Shown here: piece by piece, positions 48,083 through 58,964 of the stretch
Layout: each line of letters opens with the position of its first letter
Position numbering within the stretch: position 1 is the stretch's first letter
Source of the DNA: an uncultured bacterium
GTDB lineage: Bacteria > Omnitrophota > Omnitrophia > Omnitrophales > Aquincolibacteriaceae
Reading direction: 5' to 3'
Length of the DNA: 64,000 nucleotides
NCBI GenBank assembly: GCA_964482725.1
Contig: CAYZYT010000008.1
Location: 3,255-67,254, forward strand
Notes under the pieces: generated by a model
Database searches by the model: none
What the model was told of the DNA's origin: nothing
Seen by the model: only the letters and a program-made list of their open reading frames with translations
Position numbers and translations under genes: made by a program

Positions 48083-49390
48083 ATGGGATTTGAAACTTTT
48101 ATTGCTGGAAGACATCTGACGCGGCGTCGCAAAACCGGGTTCATTTCACTCATCTCTATGATCTCAGTGGGTGGCGTGGCGATCGGAGTGATGGCCCTGA
48201 TCGTCGTGCTTGCGGTGATGAGCGGTTTTGACCGTGAGTTGAAAAATAAGATCGTAGGTGTTCAGCCGCATCTGAGGATCGAAAAGGTAGATGGGATCGA
48301 GGATGCGGAGCGTGATCTTGCCTCGATCCGCCGGCATAACATCCCCGGGCTTGTTTCCGCGTCAAGGTTTATCGAAGGACAAGCGATCCTTCGCAGCACC
48401 AAGAACGCCACAGGGGTCGTGGTCAAGGGGATCGATCCCCAAACCGAAGACCTTAGTATCTTTGAAAAGAATATGGTTTCCGGGACTTTGAATTTCAAGG
48501 ATTCCGTTCAGGTGGAGCGCAAACGGTTTCTTTTGTTTTTCAAACACAAGATCGAGACGATTCGCGGCAGCGTTTTTATTGGGGAGAATTTGGCGGCTTC
48601 TCTGGGCGCCCAAGTGGGGGATGTGATCTACATGATCACGCCGATCCCGGAGCCTGAGAATCCGTTCGTGCCGCTTCCGATGCACGTCCGGACGTGGCCC
48701 TTCCTGGTGCGCGGGATCTATCGCGTGGGGATGAACGATTTTGACACATCCCTCGCACTCGTGACGATCGATCAGGCGCAGAAGGTCTATCAAATGGGGT
48801 CCAAAGTTTCCGGGATCAGTATGCGCTTTAAGAATGTGGATGATGCTGAGAAATGGAAATGGGTGATCGCCGGGGATTTTTCGAATCAATATTATTTCCG
48901 TTCCTGGTATGACATGAACCAGAATTTCTTTCAAGCGCTCAAGGTCGAAAAAAGCGTGATGACGATCCTTTTGGCGCTGATCATCCTGGTGGCGTCGTTC
49001 AATATCATTTCGACCCTGACCATGGTCGTGATGGAAAAGACCAAAGATATCGGGATCCTGCGGGCGCTGGGCGCGACACGCATGAGTATTCGCAAGATCT
49101 TTGTAATGGAGGGGTTCAGCATCGGATTTCTTGGAATAGTGCTAGGGGCGGTGGCGGGGCTTGCGCTTGCGTACAATCTGAATCCCGTCGCGGATTTCCT
49201 GAAAAAAACCACAGGCCTTGATGTGTTCCCCAGTGATATTTATCTTTTTGATAAGATTCCGTCCGAAGTCCATATGCCGGATGTTGTGACCATCGTCGGG
49301 TTTGCGCTGGTGGTGGCGGTGGTGGCCGGTTTTTACCCCGCGCATCGGGCGGCGAACCTGAATCCTGTGGAGGCGCTCCGCTATGAGTAA
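48083..49390 (+). CDS. lolE: Lipoprotein-releasing ABC transporter permease (LolC/E family)
   Basis: [62 protein letters not shown]. Confidence 0.92.
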   Translation: MGFETFIAGRHLTRRRKTGFISLISMISVGGVAIGVMALIVVLAVMSGFDRELKNKIVGVQPHLRIEKVDGIEDAERDLASIRRHNIPGLVSASRFIEGQAILRSTKNATGVVVKGIDPQTEDLSIFEKNMVSGTLNFKDSVQVERKRFLLFFKHKIETIRGSVFIGENLAASLGAQVGDVIYMITPIPEPENPFVPLPMHVRTWPFLVRGIYRVGMNDFDTSLALVTIDQAQKVYQMGSKVSGISMRFKNVDDAEKWKWVIAGDFSNQYYFRSWYDMNQNFFQALKVEKSVMTILLALIILVASFNIISTLTMVVMEKTKDIGILRALGATRMSIRKIFVMEGFSIGFLGIVLGAVAGLALAYNLNPVADFLKKTTGLDVFPSDIYLFDKIPSEVHMPDVVTIVGFALVVAVVAGFYPAHRAANLNPVEALRYE

Positions 49391-50117
49391 TGTTGTCGAA
49401 GCTCCGCTTCTTAGCGCGTTCGATGTTCGGAAGGAATATGAAACACCCGCCGGGACCCTGGAGATCTTACGGTCGGTCCAGCTGATCGTCCGCAAGGGGG
49501 AAATGGTCTTTATCACGGGGAAGTCCGGCTGCGGGAAATCAACACTGCTTCATATCCTGGGCGGCCTGGACCGGGCAACGGACGGGAAGATCTTTTTTGA
49601 GGGTAAGGACATGGTCGAGATGTCGGAGAAGGAACTGGCGCGTTTACGCAGCCATCAGGTGGGCTTCGTATTTCAGTTCTATCATTTACTCCCGGAATTG
49701 ACCGCTTATGAAAATGTGCTTCTGCCGACCCTGATCGCGGGAAAGGCCAACAAGCCCTGGGTCAAAGAAGTGCTGAAGCGCGTGCGTCTTTGGAACCGGA
49801 GAACTCATTATCCGTCCGAGCTTTCCGGCGGAGAGCAGCAGCGTGTGGCGATCGCGCGAGCGCTTGTGAACCATCCGGCCGTGGTGCTTTGTGATGAGCC
49901 CACCGGGAATCTGGATCCTGAGACCGCGGGTTCGGTGATGACTCTCTTGAACGAACTGAATCAACAGGAAGGTCAGGCGTTCTTGGTCGTGACGCATGAT
50001 GAGGAAATGGCGTCGCGTTATGCGCGCTCGTACCGTTTGCAAGACGGAGTTCTTTTGCCCGGGCAGTCGAAGGTCCCGGCTCCGGAGACGATCATTAACC
50101 ATAAACCGGTTTTATAA
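49383..50117 (+). CDS. lolD: Lipoprotein-releasing ABC transporter ATPase
   Basis: [36 protein letters not shown]. Confidence 0.92.
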   Translation: MSNVVEAPLLSAFDVRKEYETPAGTLEILRSVQLIVRKGEMVFITGKSGCGKSTLLHILGGLDRATDGKIFFEGKDMVEMSEKELARLRSHQVGFVFQFYHLLPELTAYENVLLPTLIAGKANKPWVKEVLKRVRLWNRRTHYPSELSGGEQQRVAIARALVNHPAVVLCDEPTGNLDPETAGSVMTLLNELNQQEGQAFLVVTHDEEMASRYARSYRLQDGVLLPGQSKVPAPETIINHKPVL

Positions 50118-51046
50118 TGGCAAGAACTCAGGAGAAAAAAATGGAACTGCAGATCTATCTTGATGGCAAATGGTATCCGAAAAGTGAAGCCAAGATCTCG
50201 ATCTTTGATCACGGACTTTTGTATGGCGATGGTGTCTTTGAAGGGATCCGCGCGTACAGCGGCTTGGTCTTCAAATTGGACGAACATCTGAAACGTCTTT
50301 GGGAATCGGCGCATACCCTGATGCTCACGATCCCCATGGATGTGAAGGCGATGAAAGCGGCTATCATCGAAACCCTCAAAAGAAACAAGCTGACGGATGC
50401 TTATATTCGTGTGGTGGTGACGCGTGGAGTGGGGGATCTGGGTCTTTCGCCCTGGCTTTGCAAAAAAGCCACAGTGTTCATTATTACGGACAAGATCACG
50501 CTCTACCCCAAGAGCCTTTATCAAAAGGGTCTGGAGATCATTACGGTTCCGACGGTGCGGAATCTTCCGGAGGCCGTCAATCCTTCGATCAAGAGTCTGA
50601 ACTATCTTAACAATATCATGGCGAAGATCGAAGCCAAGAACGGCGGATGCATGGAAGCGCTCATGCTCAATCATCAAGGGTATGTGGCGGAATGTACCGG
50701 TGATAACGTGTTTATGATCAAGAAGACCGGCAAGGGTCAGACGGTGAAAGATTATATCCTGCTCACGCCGCCCACTTATCTGGGGGCTCTCAAGGGCATC
50801 ACCCGCCAAGCGATCATCGAGATCGCGGAAACGATCAAGCTGCCTTTTGAGGAGCGCATCATCACCCGCCACGACCTTTTTAATGCGAACGAGGTCTTTC
50901 TGACCGGCACGGCGGCGGAAGTCATCCCCGTCGTGAAGATCGATGGCCGCGGGATTGGCGAGGGGAGCCCCGGGAAGATCACGAACCTGCTTCTCAAGAA
51001 TTTTCAGGCTCTGACCCACAAGGATGGCGTGAGATATACCCTCTAA
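50117..51046 (+). CDS. ilvE: Branched-chain amino acid aminotransferase
   Basis: DHGLLYGDGVFEGIRAY, KSLNYLNN, GITR, EVFLTGTAAE. Confidence 0.96.
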   Translation: MARTQEKKMELQIYLDGKWYPKSEAKISIFDHGLLYGDGVFEGIRAYSGLVFKLDEHLKRLWESAHTLMLTIPMDVKAMKAAIIETLKRNKLTDAYIRVVVTRGVGDLGLSPWLCKKATVFIITDKITLYPKSLYQKGLEIITVPTVRNLPEAVNPSIKSLNYLNNIMAKIEAKNGGCMEALMLNHQGYVAECTGDNVFMIKKTGKGQTVKDYILLTPPTYLGALKGITRQAIIEIAETIKLPFEERIITRHDLFNANEVFLTGTAAEVIPVVKIDGRGIGEGSPGKITNLLLKNFQALTHKDGVRYTL

Positions 51047-51086
51047 AGCAATCTGAAATTCGAAACAATCCATAAAATTCAGTAAT

Positions 51087-51190
51087 GGCAACGGTTGCGA
51101 AATCCGTATCGATAGGTGATGGTAACGTCCAGACAATGGACGAAGGCCGTAACCGTAAGACGAGACGGGCATCGTTACCGCAGCCGAACG
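51087..51190. repeat. Hairpin element family d, copy 2
   Basis: ggcaacggttgcgaaatccgtatcg ... cgagacgggcatcgttaccgcagccg. Confidence 0.7.
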
Positions 51191-51203
51191 ACAGGATTTC
51201 AAG

Positions 51204-51725
51204 GTGATCTGTAACGTCTGCGGGACCAAAGAGGCGACCATCCATCTGACCGAGATCGTCAACGGCAAGATGGCCGAGGTCCATATCTGCGAAGCCTGTG
51301 CCGAAGAAAAAGGGACGGAGTTCAAGACCTATTTTAATTTCGGGGATCTTCTCTCGGGCGCGACGGGCCTTGAAAAGGCTCTGGGGGCCTCTGGCAAGAA
51401 AACGCCTCTTGTGTGCAAGGATTGCGGCATGAATTATGAGGATTTTGCGAAGAACGGGCGCCTCGGTTGCGCGGGATGCTATGTCTCTTTCCAAAAACCG
51501 CTTGCGACCGTGATCAAATCTGTCCAGCGCTCGGGCTCTCATGTCGGTAAAAAACCTTCCCGTATCCCCAAGGAAACGCGCAGCGTTCATGATCTTCGCC
51601 AGCTCCAAGAAAAACTTCGCAAGAGCATTCAAGAGGAAGCTTTCGAGGAAGCGGCGCACTTGCGGGATGAGATCAAACAGGCTTTGGACAAGCTGAAAAA
51701 AACAAAGAGGCCGAAAAATGGGTGA
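51204..51725 (+). CDS. mcsA: McsA, activator of the arginine kinase
   Basis: Four CxxC motifs, GRLGCAGCY, HVGKKP, UVR domain (EEAFEEAAHLRD). Confidence 0.93.
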   Translation: MICNVCGTKEATIHLTEIVNGKMAEVHICEACAEEKGTEFKTYFNFGDLLSGATGLEKALGASGKKTPLVCKDCGMNYEDFAKNGRLGCAGCYVSFQKPLATVIKSVQRSGSHVGKKPSRIPKETRSVHDLRQLQEKLRKSIQEEAFEEAAHLRDEIKQALDKLKKTKRPKNG

Positions 51726-52782
51726 GATCGACCGTTTTATCGACCAGCCGGTGAATTGGCTCCGGGCGACCGGTCCCGAGAGCGATGTGGTCATCAGTTC
51801 GCGTCTGCGCATGGCGCGTAACCTTGCGACGTATCCTTTTTTGAGCCGCCTTGCGCCTGCCCAGCGGGATGCGATCATCCAAGAGGTTGGGGAAGCGGTC
51901 AAGAACTCGAATTTTCTTAAAAGTGCTTATTTTATAGCGTCGACGGAACTTCCTGAACTCGACCGACAATTCCTTCTAGAACGCCATCTGGTCAGCCGGG
52001 AACTTTTTCTCGAGGAAGGCAAGAGCGCGGTGGTGATCACCCCGGATGAAATGGTGAGTTTGATGGTGATCGAAGAAGACCATTTGCGGCTTCAAGTGTT
52101 CCAGTCAGGCCTCAATCTCGTCGAGACCTGGCGCATTGCCGATGAGATCGACAGTGAACTTGAAAAGGACCTGGATTACGCGTTTGACGGGACGCTGGGG
52201 TATCTGACGGCGTGTCCCACGAATGTCGGGACGGGCATCCGGGCCTCGTGCATGTTGCATCTCCCGAGTCTTGTGCTGACCAAGCAGGTCCACAAAGTCT
52301 TGCAGGCGCTTTCCAAGCTTAACCTTGCGGTGCGCGGACTTTACGGCGAAGGGACCCAGGCGAGCGGGAATTTTTTCCAATTTTCCAATCAGATCACTTT
52401 GGGCCAGCCGGAAGAGGAGATCATCTCGAACCTTGAGGGAGTGATCCGGCAGGTGATCACGCATGAACGTGAGGCTCGGGAGTATCTGAAGAAAAAACGT
52501 AAAGCCAAGATGGAAGATCAGATCTGGCGCGCTCTGGCGGCACTCAAGGCCGCGCGCATGATGTCTTCTTCAGAGGCCGTCCAGCTTTTGTCGCTTGTCC
52601 AGGTGGGGATCGATGTCGGGGTTCTGGAAGGACAAGTGACCCATACCGATCTGAATCAGCTGTTCCTTTTGATCCAGCCGGCGCATCTCCAGAAGATGAC
52701 CGGCAAGGAGCTCAGCACGACGGAGCGTGATGCCCGCCGCGCCTTGCGTATTCGCGATTATTTTTCAAAGGTCATCCTTTAA
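51718..52782 (+). CDS. mcsB: Protein arginine kinase McsB
   Basis: SSRLRMARN, ERHLVS, EEDHLR, GYLTACPTNVGTG, RGLYGEG. Confidence 0.96.
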   Translation: MGEIDRFIDQPVNWLRATGPESDVVISSRLRMARNLATYPFLSRLAPAQRDAIIQEVGEAVKNSNFLKSAYFIASTELPELDRQFLLERHLVSRELFLEEGKSAVVITPDEMVSLMVIEEDHLRLQVFQSGLNLVETWRIADEIDSELEKDLDYAFDGTLGYLTACPTNVGTGIRASCMLHLPSLVLTKQVHKVLQALSKLNLAVRGLYGEGTQASGNFFQFSNQITLGQPEEEIISNLEGVIRQVITHEREAREYLKKKRKAKMEDQIWRALAALKAARMMSSSEAVQLLSLVQVGIDVGVLEGQVTHTDLNQLFLLIQPAHLQKMTGKELSTTERDARRALRIRDYFSKVIL

Positions 52783-52795
52783 CGGAGGAAAGAAC

Positions 52796-54490
52796 ATGAA
52801 AAAAATATTTTGGGTCATCAGTTTTATGCTTTTGGCGAGCAGCCCGATTTTTGCTTCAGATGTCAAGGCCCTCTCTCATATCAGCGAAGTGACGGTCTAT
52901 GCCTCAAGCGCTTTTGTGACCCGGTCTGCCCCGGTGGAATTGAAGACGGGGGACACGAAGGTGACTTTTTCCGATATTCTTCCTGAAATCGATGAAGATT
53001 CGATAAGGGTTAAAGGCAAGGGGACCGCGGAAGTTAAGATCCTTGGAGCTCAAATGAAACGGGAGTATACCGAAGACGCTCCTGTGGCGCGGGTCGAGCA
53101 GCTGGAGGCAGAGATCCAGGCGATCGGGGACCAGAATGCAAGATCGGAAAATGAAAAAAGAGTCCTTGCGGAAGAAAAGCAATATTTGGATTCGATCCGG
53201 CTCTTCGCCAATCAGAAGATCCCTGAAGAGCTTGTGACTAAGATGCCGTCCGCTCAGGATCTGGAGGCGACGCTTGTTTTTCTGGACACGAAATTGAAGG
53301 CGAATTTCGCGCGCGTTCAGGAACTTGATATCGCCGTTCGCGAAAGCCAAAAAAAGCTGGAGGTGTTGCGCCGCGAGCTTGGGGAGATCTCGGGGGCGGG
53401 CCGTAAGCTCAAGCGTTCGGTCGTCGTGGAGATCGAAGTTGTGAAAGACGGATCTCTCATGCTGGATCTTTCCTATAGTGTGAATGGCGCCTCCTGGAAT
53501 GCGGTCTATGATGCGCGTGCCGATTTTGAAAAGTCCGAAGTCGAATTGGTTTCCTACGCGGTCGTGCGCCAGAATTCCGGGGAGAGCTGGGAGGATGTGG
53601 ACATGACGCTTTCCACGGCTCAGGTGACTTCCGGCGGGAATATGCCGGAGGCGAATTCCTGGTTCATTCGTCCTGAACAGCCACGGATGGCGATGCAGAT
53701 GGCCGCAGGGCCCAGGGCTGCTAAACGGGCCGAAATGCGTATGAGGGAGATGAATGATTCTCTCGGGGGGGGGCCGGCCGATGGGGTGATGATGCAGGCG
53801 GCGGCTCCAACGATGATGGTGGCGGAGAATGCCTATGCTCAGGCGGAGGCGAAGGGCGTTTCCGTGGCTTACAAACTATCCCGTAAAGCGACGGTCAAGA
53901 CCGATGGCTCGGATTATAAACTTCCGATCACATCGCAAGCGCTGGCGTCGAGTTTTGAGTATTCGGCTTATCCTCGCGTTGCCGCGATGGCGTATCTCAA
54001 GAGCCTTGTGACGAACGCCAAAGACCTGCAGCTATTGGGCGGGCGCGTGAATGTGTTCTTCGACGGGGATTTTGTCGGGACCTCCAGTTTTGAAAGCATC
54101 GCTCCGGGCCAGGAATTCGATCTCTATATGGGGGCGGATGAGAATGTGAAGGTCAAGCGCGAGCTCCTGGAGAAGAAATCCGATGACGTGTTCTTGGGCG
54201 GGATTCCTTCCCCCACAAAGAAAATGATTTATAAATACAAACTATCGGTCGAAAATTACAAGACAAAAGTCAGCAAGGTAAACCTCTTCGACGCGATCCC
54301 TGTTTCGGAGGACGAGCGTATCAAGGTGAAGGTTTCGGGGCTCAGCGTGGAGCCGAAACAAAAGGATTGGAAAGATCGCAAAGGGATCTGGCTTTGGGCG
54401 CTTGAACTGGAACCCAAGGGAAAGCAGGAGATCTTTTACACATGCACCGTGGAGTTTCCGCGCGACATGCGTGTCGAGGGGCTTGATTAA
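52796..54490 (+). CDS. DUF4140/DUF4139 (MuiA-like) secreted protein
   Basis: Signal peptide, ISEVTVY, coiled coil, ASWNAVYD, QNSGESW..LSTA, FFDGDFVG. Confidence 0.85.
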   Translation: MKKIFWVISFMLLASSPIFASDVKALSHISEVTVYASSAFVTRSAPVELKTGDTKVTFSDILPEIDEDSIRVKGKGTAEVKILGAQMKREYTEDAPVARVEQLEAEIQAIGDQNARSENEKRVLAEEKQYLDSIRLFANQKIPEELVTKMPSAQDLEATLVFLDTKLKANFARVQELDIAVRESQKKLEVLRRELGEISGAGRKLKRSVVVEIEVVKDGSLMLDLSYSVNGASWNAVYDARADFEKSEVELVSYAVVRQNSGESWEDVDMTLSTAQVTSGGNMPEANSWFIRPEQPRMAMQMAAGPRAAKRAEMRMREMNDSLGGGPADGVMMQAAAPTMMVAENAYAQAEAKGVSVAYKLSRKATVKTDGSDYKLPITSQALASSFEYSAYPRVAAMAYLKSLVTNAKDLQLLGGRVNVFFDGDFVGTSSFESIAPGQEFDLYMGADENVKVKRELLEKKSDDVFLGGIPSPTKKMIYKYKLSVENYKTKVSKVNLFDAIPVSEDERIKVKVSGLSVEPKQKDWKDRKGIWLWALELEPKGKQEIFYTCTVEFPRDMRVEGLD

Positions 54491-54530
54491 ATAAACCATT
54501 CATTGTCATTGTTTTAATCCGGAGGTCACT

Positions 54531-56999
54531 ATGTTCGATCGTTTTACGGAAAGAGCTCGCAAAGTCATTATTCTTGCCAAGGAAGAAGCCAAGCGATTCA
54601 ATCACGATTACATCGGGACGGAGCATATTTTGCTCGGGCTTATCAAAGAAGGGGAAAGTGTCGCGGCGGCCGTGCTTCAGAACCTCGGCCTGTCGCTGGA
54701 TACGATCCGCCTGGAAGTCGAGAAGCTTGTCCAGTTCGGGCCGAGCACCGTAGTCTCCGGAGACATCCCGTTCACACCCAAAGCCAAGAAAGTGATCGAG
54801 CTTGCAATGGATGAAGCGCGCCGTCTCGGGCATAACTATATCGGGACGGAACATTTGCTTTTGGGGCTCATTAAGGAAGGCGAAGGCGTGGCAAGCCATG
54901 TGCTCATGAACGTGGGCCTTGATCTCAATAAGGTGCGCTCTGAGGTGATCAAACTTTTGGGTTCTACGACGCCGAATACGGAACCTGGCGCTCCGTCATC
55001 GCCCACGATGGGCGGTCCCGGAGGTGGAGTCGGTGGGAAGTCGAAGACAAAAACACCGGCGCTGGATGCGTTCGGGCGCGATCTTTCGCAGCTTGCGCGT
55101 GATGGAAAGCTGGACCCGGTCGTCGGACGGGCGGATGAGATCCAGCGCGTGATCCAGATCCTTGCACGCCGCACGAAGAATAACCCTGTCCTTTTGGGAG
55201 AAGCGGGAGTGGGAAAGACTGCGATCGTGGAAGGTCTTGCTCAGATGATCATCGCCGGGGATGTGCCGGAGATCCTGGCGGACAAGCGCATCGTGGTGCT
55301 TGATCTGGCGCTCATGGTGGCGGGAACGAAATACCGCGGCCAATTTGAAGAGCGTATCAAAGCCGTGATGGACGAGATCCGTCGCACGGAAAATGTCATG
55401 ATCTTCATTGATGAGTTGCATACTTTGGTCGGTGCCGGGGGTGCGGAAGGAGCGATCGATGCGTCGAATATCCTGAAGCCGTCTCTGTCTCGCGGCGAGA
55501 TCCAGTGTATCGGAGCCACGACGCTTGACGAATACCGCAAATACATCGAAAAAGACGCGGCGCTCGCCCGTCGTTTTCAAACCGTGGTTGTGGAACCTCC
55601 GTCCGTGGACGATACGATCCAGATCCTGAAAGGATTGCGCGACAAATACGAGGCCCATCACCGGGTGAAGATCCTGGACGAGGCTCTTGAGGCTGCGGCC
55701 AAACTTTCCGATCGTTACATCTCGGGACGGTTTCTCCCGGACAAAGCGATCGATATCATCGATGAGGCGGCTTCTCGCGCGAGGTTATCGGTGACGACCA
55801 TGCCCAAGGATCTGAAGAAGGTTGAGACCGAGATCGAGTCCCTTCGTCGTGAGAAAGAGTCTTCGATCAAGGCCCAGGATTTCGAGAAGGCCGCGAAGAT
55901 GCGCGATGACGAGCGTAAGGCCAAAGAAGAACTCCAAAAAATGAAAAAGAGCTGGAAAGAATCCAAGTCCGAGGTCGAGGTTCAGGTGACGGAGGAGGAT
56001 ATCGCGTTTGTGGTCTCCAAATGGACCGGCGTGCCGCTTGCGCGTCTCGAAGAAAAAGAGACGGCGAGACTTCTTAAGATGGAAGAATCCCTTCATAAAA
56101 GGATCATTGGCCAGGACGAGGCGATCCGCGCGATCTCTCACGCGGTGCGCCGTTCCCGTTCCGGTCTCCGAAACCCGCGTCGTCCGATAGGTTCTTTCAT
56201 CTTTTTGGGACCCACCGGGGTTGGGAAAACGCTTCTTGCTCGTGCGCTTGCAGATTTCATGTTCGGCAATGAGGATTCCGTGATCGTGGTGGATTGCTCC
56301 GAGTATGGCGAGAAATTCAACGTTTCCCGTCTTGTGGGGGCGCCTCCGGGCTACGTGGGCTATGAGGAAGGCGGGCAGCTTACCGAGAAAGTACGCCGTC
56401 GTCCGTATTCTGTGGTGCTCTTGGATGAGATCGAAAAAGCGCATCCGGATGTCTTCAATATCCTCCTCCAACTTATGGAAGAGGGGCGTTTGACGGATTC
56501 TTTCGGACGCAAGGTGGATTTCCGCAACACGGTCGTGATCATGACTTCCAATGTCGGAGCGGATCTTGTCCGGAAGCAAGGCGATCTTGGCTTTGCACCT
56601 AAAAAAGACGAGATGAATTATGAGGGGCTGAAGCAGAAACTCCTGGATGAAACGAAAAGAGTTTTCCGTCCTGAATTTTTGAATCGGGTTGATGACACCA
56701 TCGTCTTCCATCCGCTGACGCGCCAGGACCTGGAGCAGATCATCCACATTGAGCTGAAGGAAGTGCACGACCGCCTCAAAGACAAGAAGATTGAGCTGAT
56801 CCTTTCGGAGGAGGTCCTGAAGTTCCTGATCGACCAGGGGTATGATCCTGTTTTTGGTGCCCGGCCGCTCAAGCGGACGATCCAGCGTTATATCGAGAAT
56901 GTCCTGGCCGAAGAGATCCTTGAGGGGAAGTTTTTGGAAGGGGACAAGATCAGGGCGGAGATCCGGGGGGAACGGATCTCTTTTGAAAAAGCGACCTAG
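54531..56999 (+). CDS. clpC: ATP-dependent Clp protease ATPase subunit ClpC
   Basis: Two Clp-N repeats (HDYIGTEH), [11 protein letters not shown]-like middle domain, [15 protein letters not shown]. Confidence 0.97.
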   Translation: MFDRFTERARKVIILAKEEAKRFNHDYIGTEHILLGLIKEGESVAAAVLQNLGLSLDTIRLEVEKLVQFGPSTVVSGDIPFTPKAKKVIELAMDEARRLGHNYIGTEHLLLGLIKEGEGVASHVLMNVGLDLNKVRSEVIKLLGSTTPNTEPGAPSSPTMGGPGGGVGGKSKTKTPALDAFGRDLSQLARDGKLDPVVGRADEIQRVIQILARRTKNNPVLLGEAGVGKTAIVEGLAQMIIAGDVPEILADKRIVVLDLALMVAGTKYRGQFEERIKAVMDEIRRTENVMIFIDELHTLVGAGGAEGAIDASNILKPSLSRGEIQCIGATTLDEYRKYIEKDAALARRFQTVVVEPPSVDDTIQILKGLRDKYEAHHRVKILDEALEAAAKLSDRYISGRFLPDKAIDIIDEAASRARLSVTTMPKDLKKVETEIESLRREKESSIKAQDFEKAAKMRDDERKAKEELQKMKKSWKESKSEVEVQVTEEDIAFVVSKWTGVPLARLEEKETARLLKMEESLHKRIIGQDEAIRAISHAVRRSRSGLRNPRRPIGSFIFLGPTGVGKTLLARALADFMFGNEDSVIVVDCSEYGEKFNVSRLVGAPPGYVGYEEGGQLTEKVRRRPYSVVLLDEIEKAHPDVFNILLQLMEEGRLTDSFGRKVDFRNTVVIMTSNVGADLVRKQGDLGFAPKKDEMNYEGLKQKLLDETKRVFRPEFLNRVDDTIVFHPLTRQDLEQIIHIELKEVHDRLKDKKIELILSEEVLKFLIDQGYDPVFGARPLKRTIQRYIENVLAEEILEGKFLEGDKIRAEIRGERISFEKAT

Positions 57000-57017
57000 C
57001 GCGAGAGACCCGCGCGC

Positions 57018-58943
57018 ATGCGCCCTTTTCTAAAGGCCGTTCTTTTTTTTATTGCGATCACGTTGGGGGTCGGCGCTCTCCTTTTTAATTTCCTGCTGAA
57101 CCGTATCGCACATTCCGAGGATTTTAAGCGCTTTGCCGAGCAAAAGGTCGGCGAATATCTTAAGGCCACGGTCCATATCGGTGAGATACGGCCTTACCAT
57201 TTGAACCAGCTTGCCCTAGAAAAGATCCTTATTGAAACCCCTTCCTCAGAGGGGGGCTCTCAATTGATCCGTGCCGACCGCCTTCTTTTCCGCTACGACC
57301 TGGAGCAGCTCTGGAACCGGAAGTTCAATGCTCCTGCCGGTGTGGTGTTAAAGAATCCCGCGATCCTGATCGAACAGGATCAATTTCCTTATCGATATTT
57401 TGCGAATACTTCCGGGGGATCGGCCGGTCTTTCGATGCCATCCCTCGATTTCAAGGGAGGCGAGATCCGTTATCTCCTGTCGTCGCTCGGGAAGGAAGTC
57501 CTGCTCAAAGACGTGGAGGGCAAGATCCAGCCGTCGGTTGATAAAAAAGTCCTGGTGGATGTGCGCGCTCGCGCGACCGGGATCGTGGACGGTCGTGTCC
57601 ATATCTATGGCACGGTGGATCCTTCCAAAAGCACGCATGATCTTTGGCTCGAATTGGATTCCATGAATCTCTCACAGGATATCCCTCTGCCGTTCAAAGC
57701 GCTGGAGGGAAAGGTCCATTGGGTAGGAAGCGATCTTTTTTTTGAAGGGATCCAGGGGATTTTGTATGGATGGCAAGCCGAACTCTCCGGTTCTTTTTTG
57801 AATCGTGAGGGGCAGCCGGAGGTCAACGCGCATGTTCAAATCGGGAAGGGTCCCCCCGGCATGAAACTGGATTTTGCGTTGAGCCTTCCGCACCAGACGC
57901 TCGAGGGAGCTTTTCAGCTCATGGAGGGTCGGGTTTTTGATTTTCGCGGAAAAGTCCATCAGGATCGGAAGCGTTTCGTGATGGATTCTCTGGCTCTGTC
58001 TTCAGGACATCAGGGGCGCGGAGAATTTGATTTTGCCAGCGGAAATTATGAACTTAGTTTTGAAAAAGGCTCGAAACGGATGGCGATTCACTCCAATCTC
58101 CGGGGGCTGGACTTTGTGCTGAATTTTCATCTGGATCACGTGAAAGCTTTTGGAATGGATCTCGTGACGCAGGGGAAACTTTTTCTTCATTCTGTCTCGC
58201 CTCGTTGGAAAGGCCGCGATCTTTTCTTTAAGGGGGAATTTGAGACGGATTATTTTATTTTGGACCGCCAGCCGTTCGAGGACTTGAAAGGGGTTTTCGA
58301 ATTAAGCCCTGCGGGGATCACGGGGATCCGGAGCGCGTGGGGGAATAAATTCCAAATGACGGGACAAGCGACACGGCCCGGGAAAAACCCGCATTTAAAA
58401 CTTCTACTCCGCGTGGCGGACTTTGATCTTGCAACGGTGCACCAGTTCGCGGCAAGACCTTTGCCTAAGGCGCTCGGGGGGCGCCTCGAGGGGACGCTTT
58501 CCGTGGAGGGGGATTTCTCCAAGCCCGAGGTCTCGGGGGTTTTCAATATTCATGACGGAAAATGGGGGCAACTTGATTACGACCGTGGTATCATTCAACT
58601 TCGTGGATTTCTTCCATATCTGCCGTTAAAGGATTCCAAGATCTGGAAAGGCCGGACGGTTTTTTCCTTGAACGGGGCTCTGGATCTGAAGCTGGACAAT
58701 ATATTCGCAGGAATAAAAATACAGACCCCGGACAATTTGGTGATCTGGAAGGGTGTCGAAGCGATCCTCCATGAAAAGGACGGTAGCCTGGAGCTGAACA
58801 CCTCAAAGCTCGGCCAGTGGGGAGAATTTTCGGTATTGGAAGCGAAATCGCCTGAGACGATGAGGGGACAGAGGGCGCTCGAGGTTCCAGATGACGAAGA
58901 AGATGAAACAACGGTTAAGTTCGGTCCCAAGTTGAAGTTCTGA
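57018..58943 (+). CDS. AsmA/TamB-like membrane-anchored beta-taco protein
   Basis: N-terminal TM anchor, all-beta repetitive pattern, LSVEGDFSKPEVSG motif; lies upstream of the mla genes. Confidence 0.55.
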   Translation: MRPFLKAVLFFIAITLGVGALLFNFLLNRIAHSEDFKRFAEQKVGEYLKATVHIGEIRPYHLNQLALEKILIETPSSEGGSQLIRADRLLFRYDLEQLWNRKFNAPAGVVLKNPAILIEQDQFPYRYFANTSGGSAGLSMPSLDFKGGEIRYLLSSLGKEVLLKDVEGKIQPSVDKKVLVDVRARATGIVDGRVHIYGTVDPSKSTHDLWLELDSMNLSQDIPLPFKALEGKVHWVGSDLFFEGIQGILYGWQAELSGSFLNREGQPEVNAHVQIGKGPPGMKLDFALSLPHQTLEGAFQLMEGRVFDFRGKVHQDRKRFVMDSLALSSGHQGRGEFDFASGNYELSFEKGSKRMAIHSNLRGLDFVLNFHLDHVKAFGMDLVTQGKLFLHSVSPRWKGRDLFFKGEFETDYFILDRQPFEDLKGVFELSPAGITGIRSAWGNKFQMTGQATRPGKNPHLKLLLRVADFDLATVHQFAARPLPKALGGRLEGTLSVEGDFSKPEVSGVFNIHDGKWGQLDYDRGIIQLRGFLPYLPLKDSKIWKGRTVFSLNGALDLKLDNIFAGIKIQTPDNLVIWKGVEAILHEKDGSLELNTSKLGQWGEFSVLEAKSPETMRGQRALEVPDDEEDETTVKFGPKLKF

Positions 58944-58964
58944 TGGTTTGCGAAGGGGAGATTT

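Noticed and set aside
51718-56999. Functional link between McsB arginine phosphorylation/ClpC and the Arg-containing RSExR linkers
   Set aside because: The loci are ~46 kb apart and McsB has no known strict sequence motif; nothing in the sequence supports the link.
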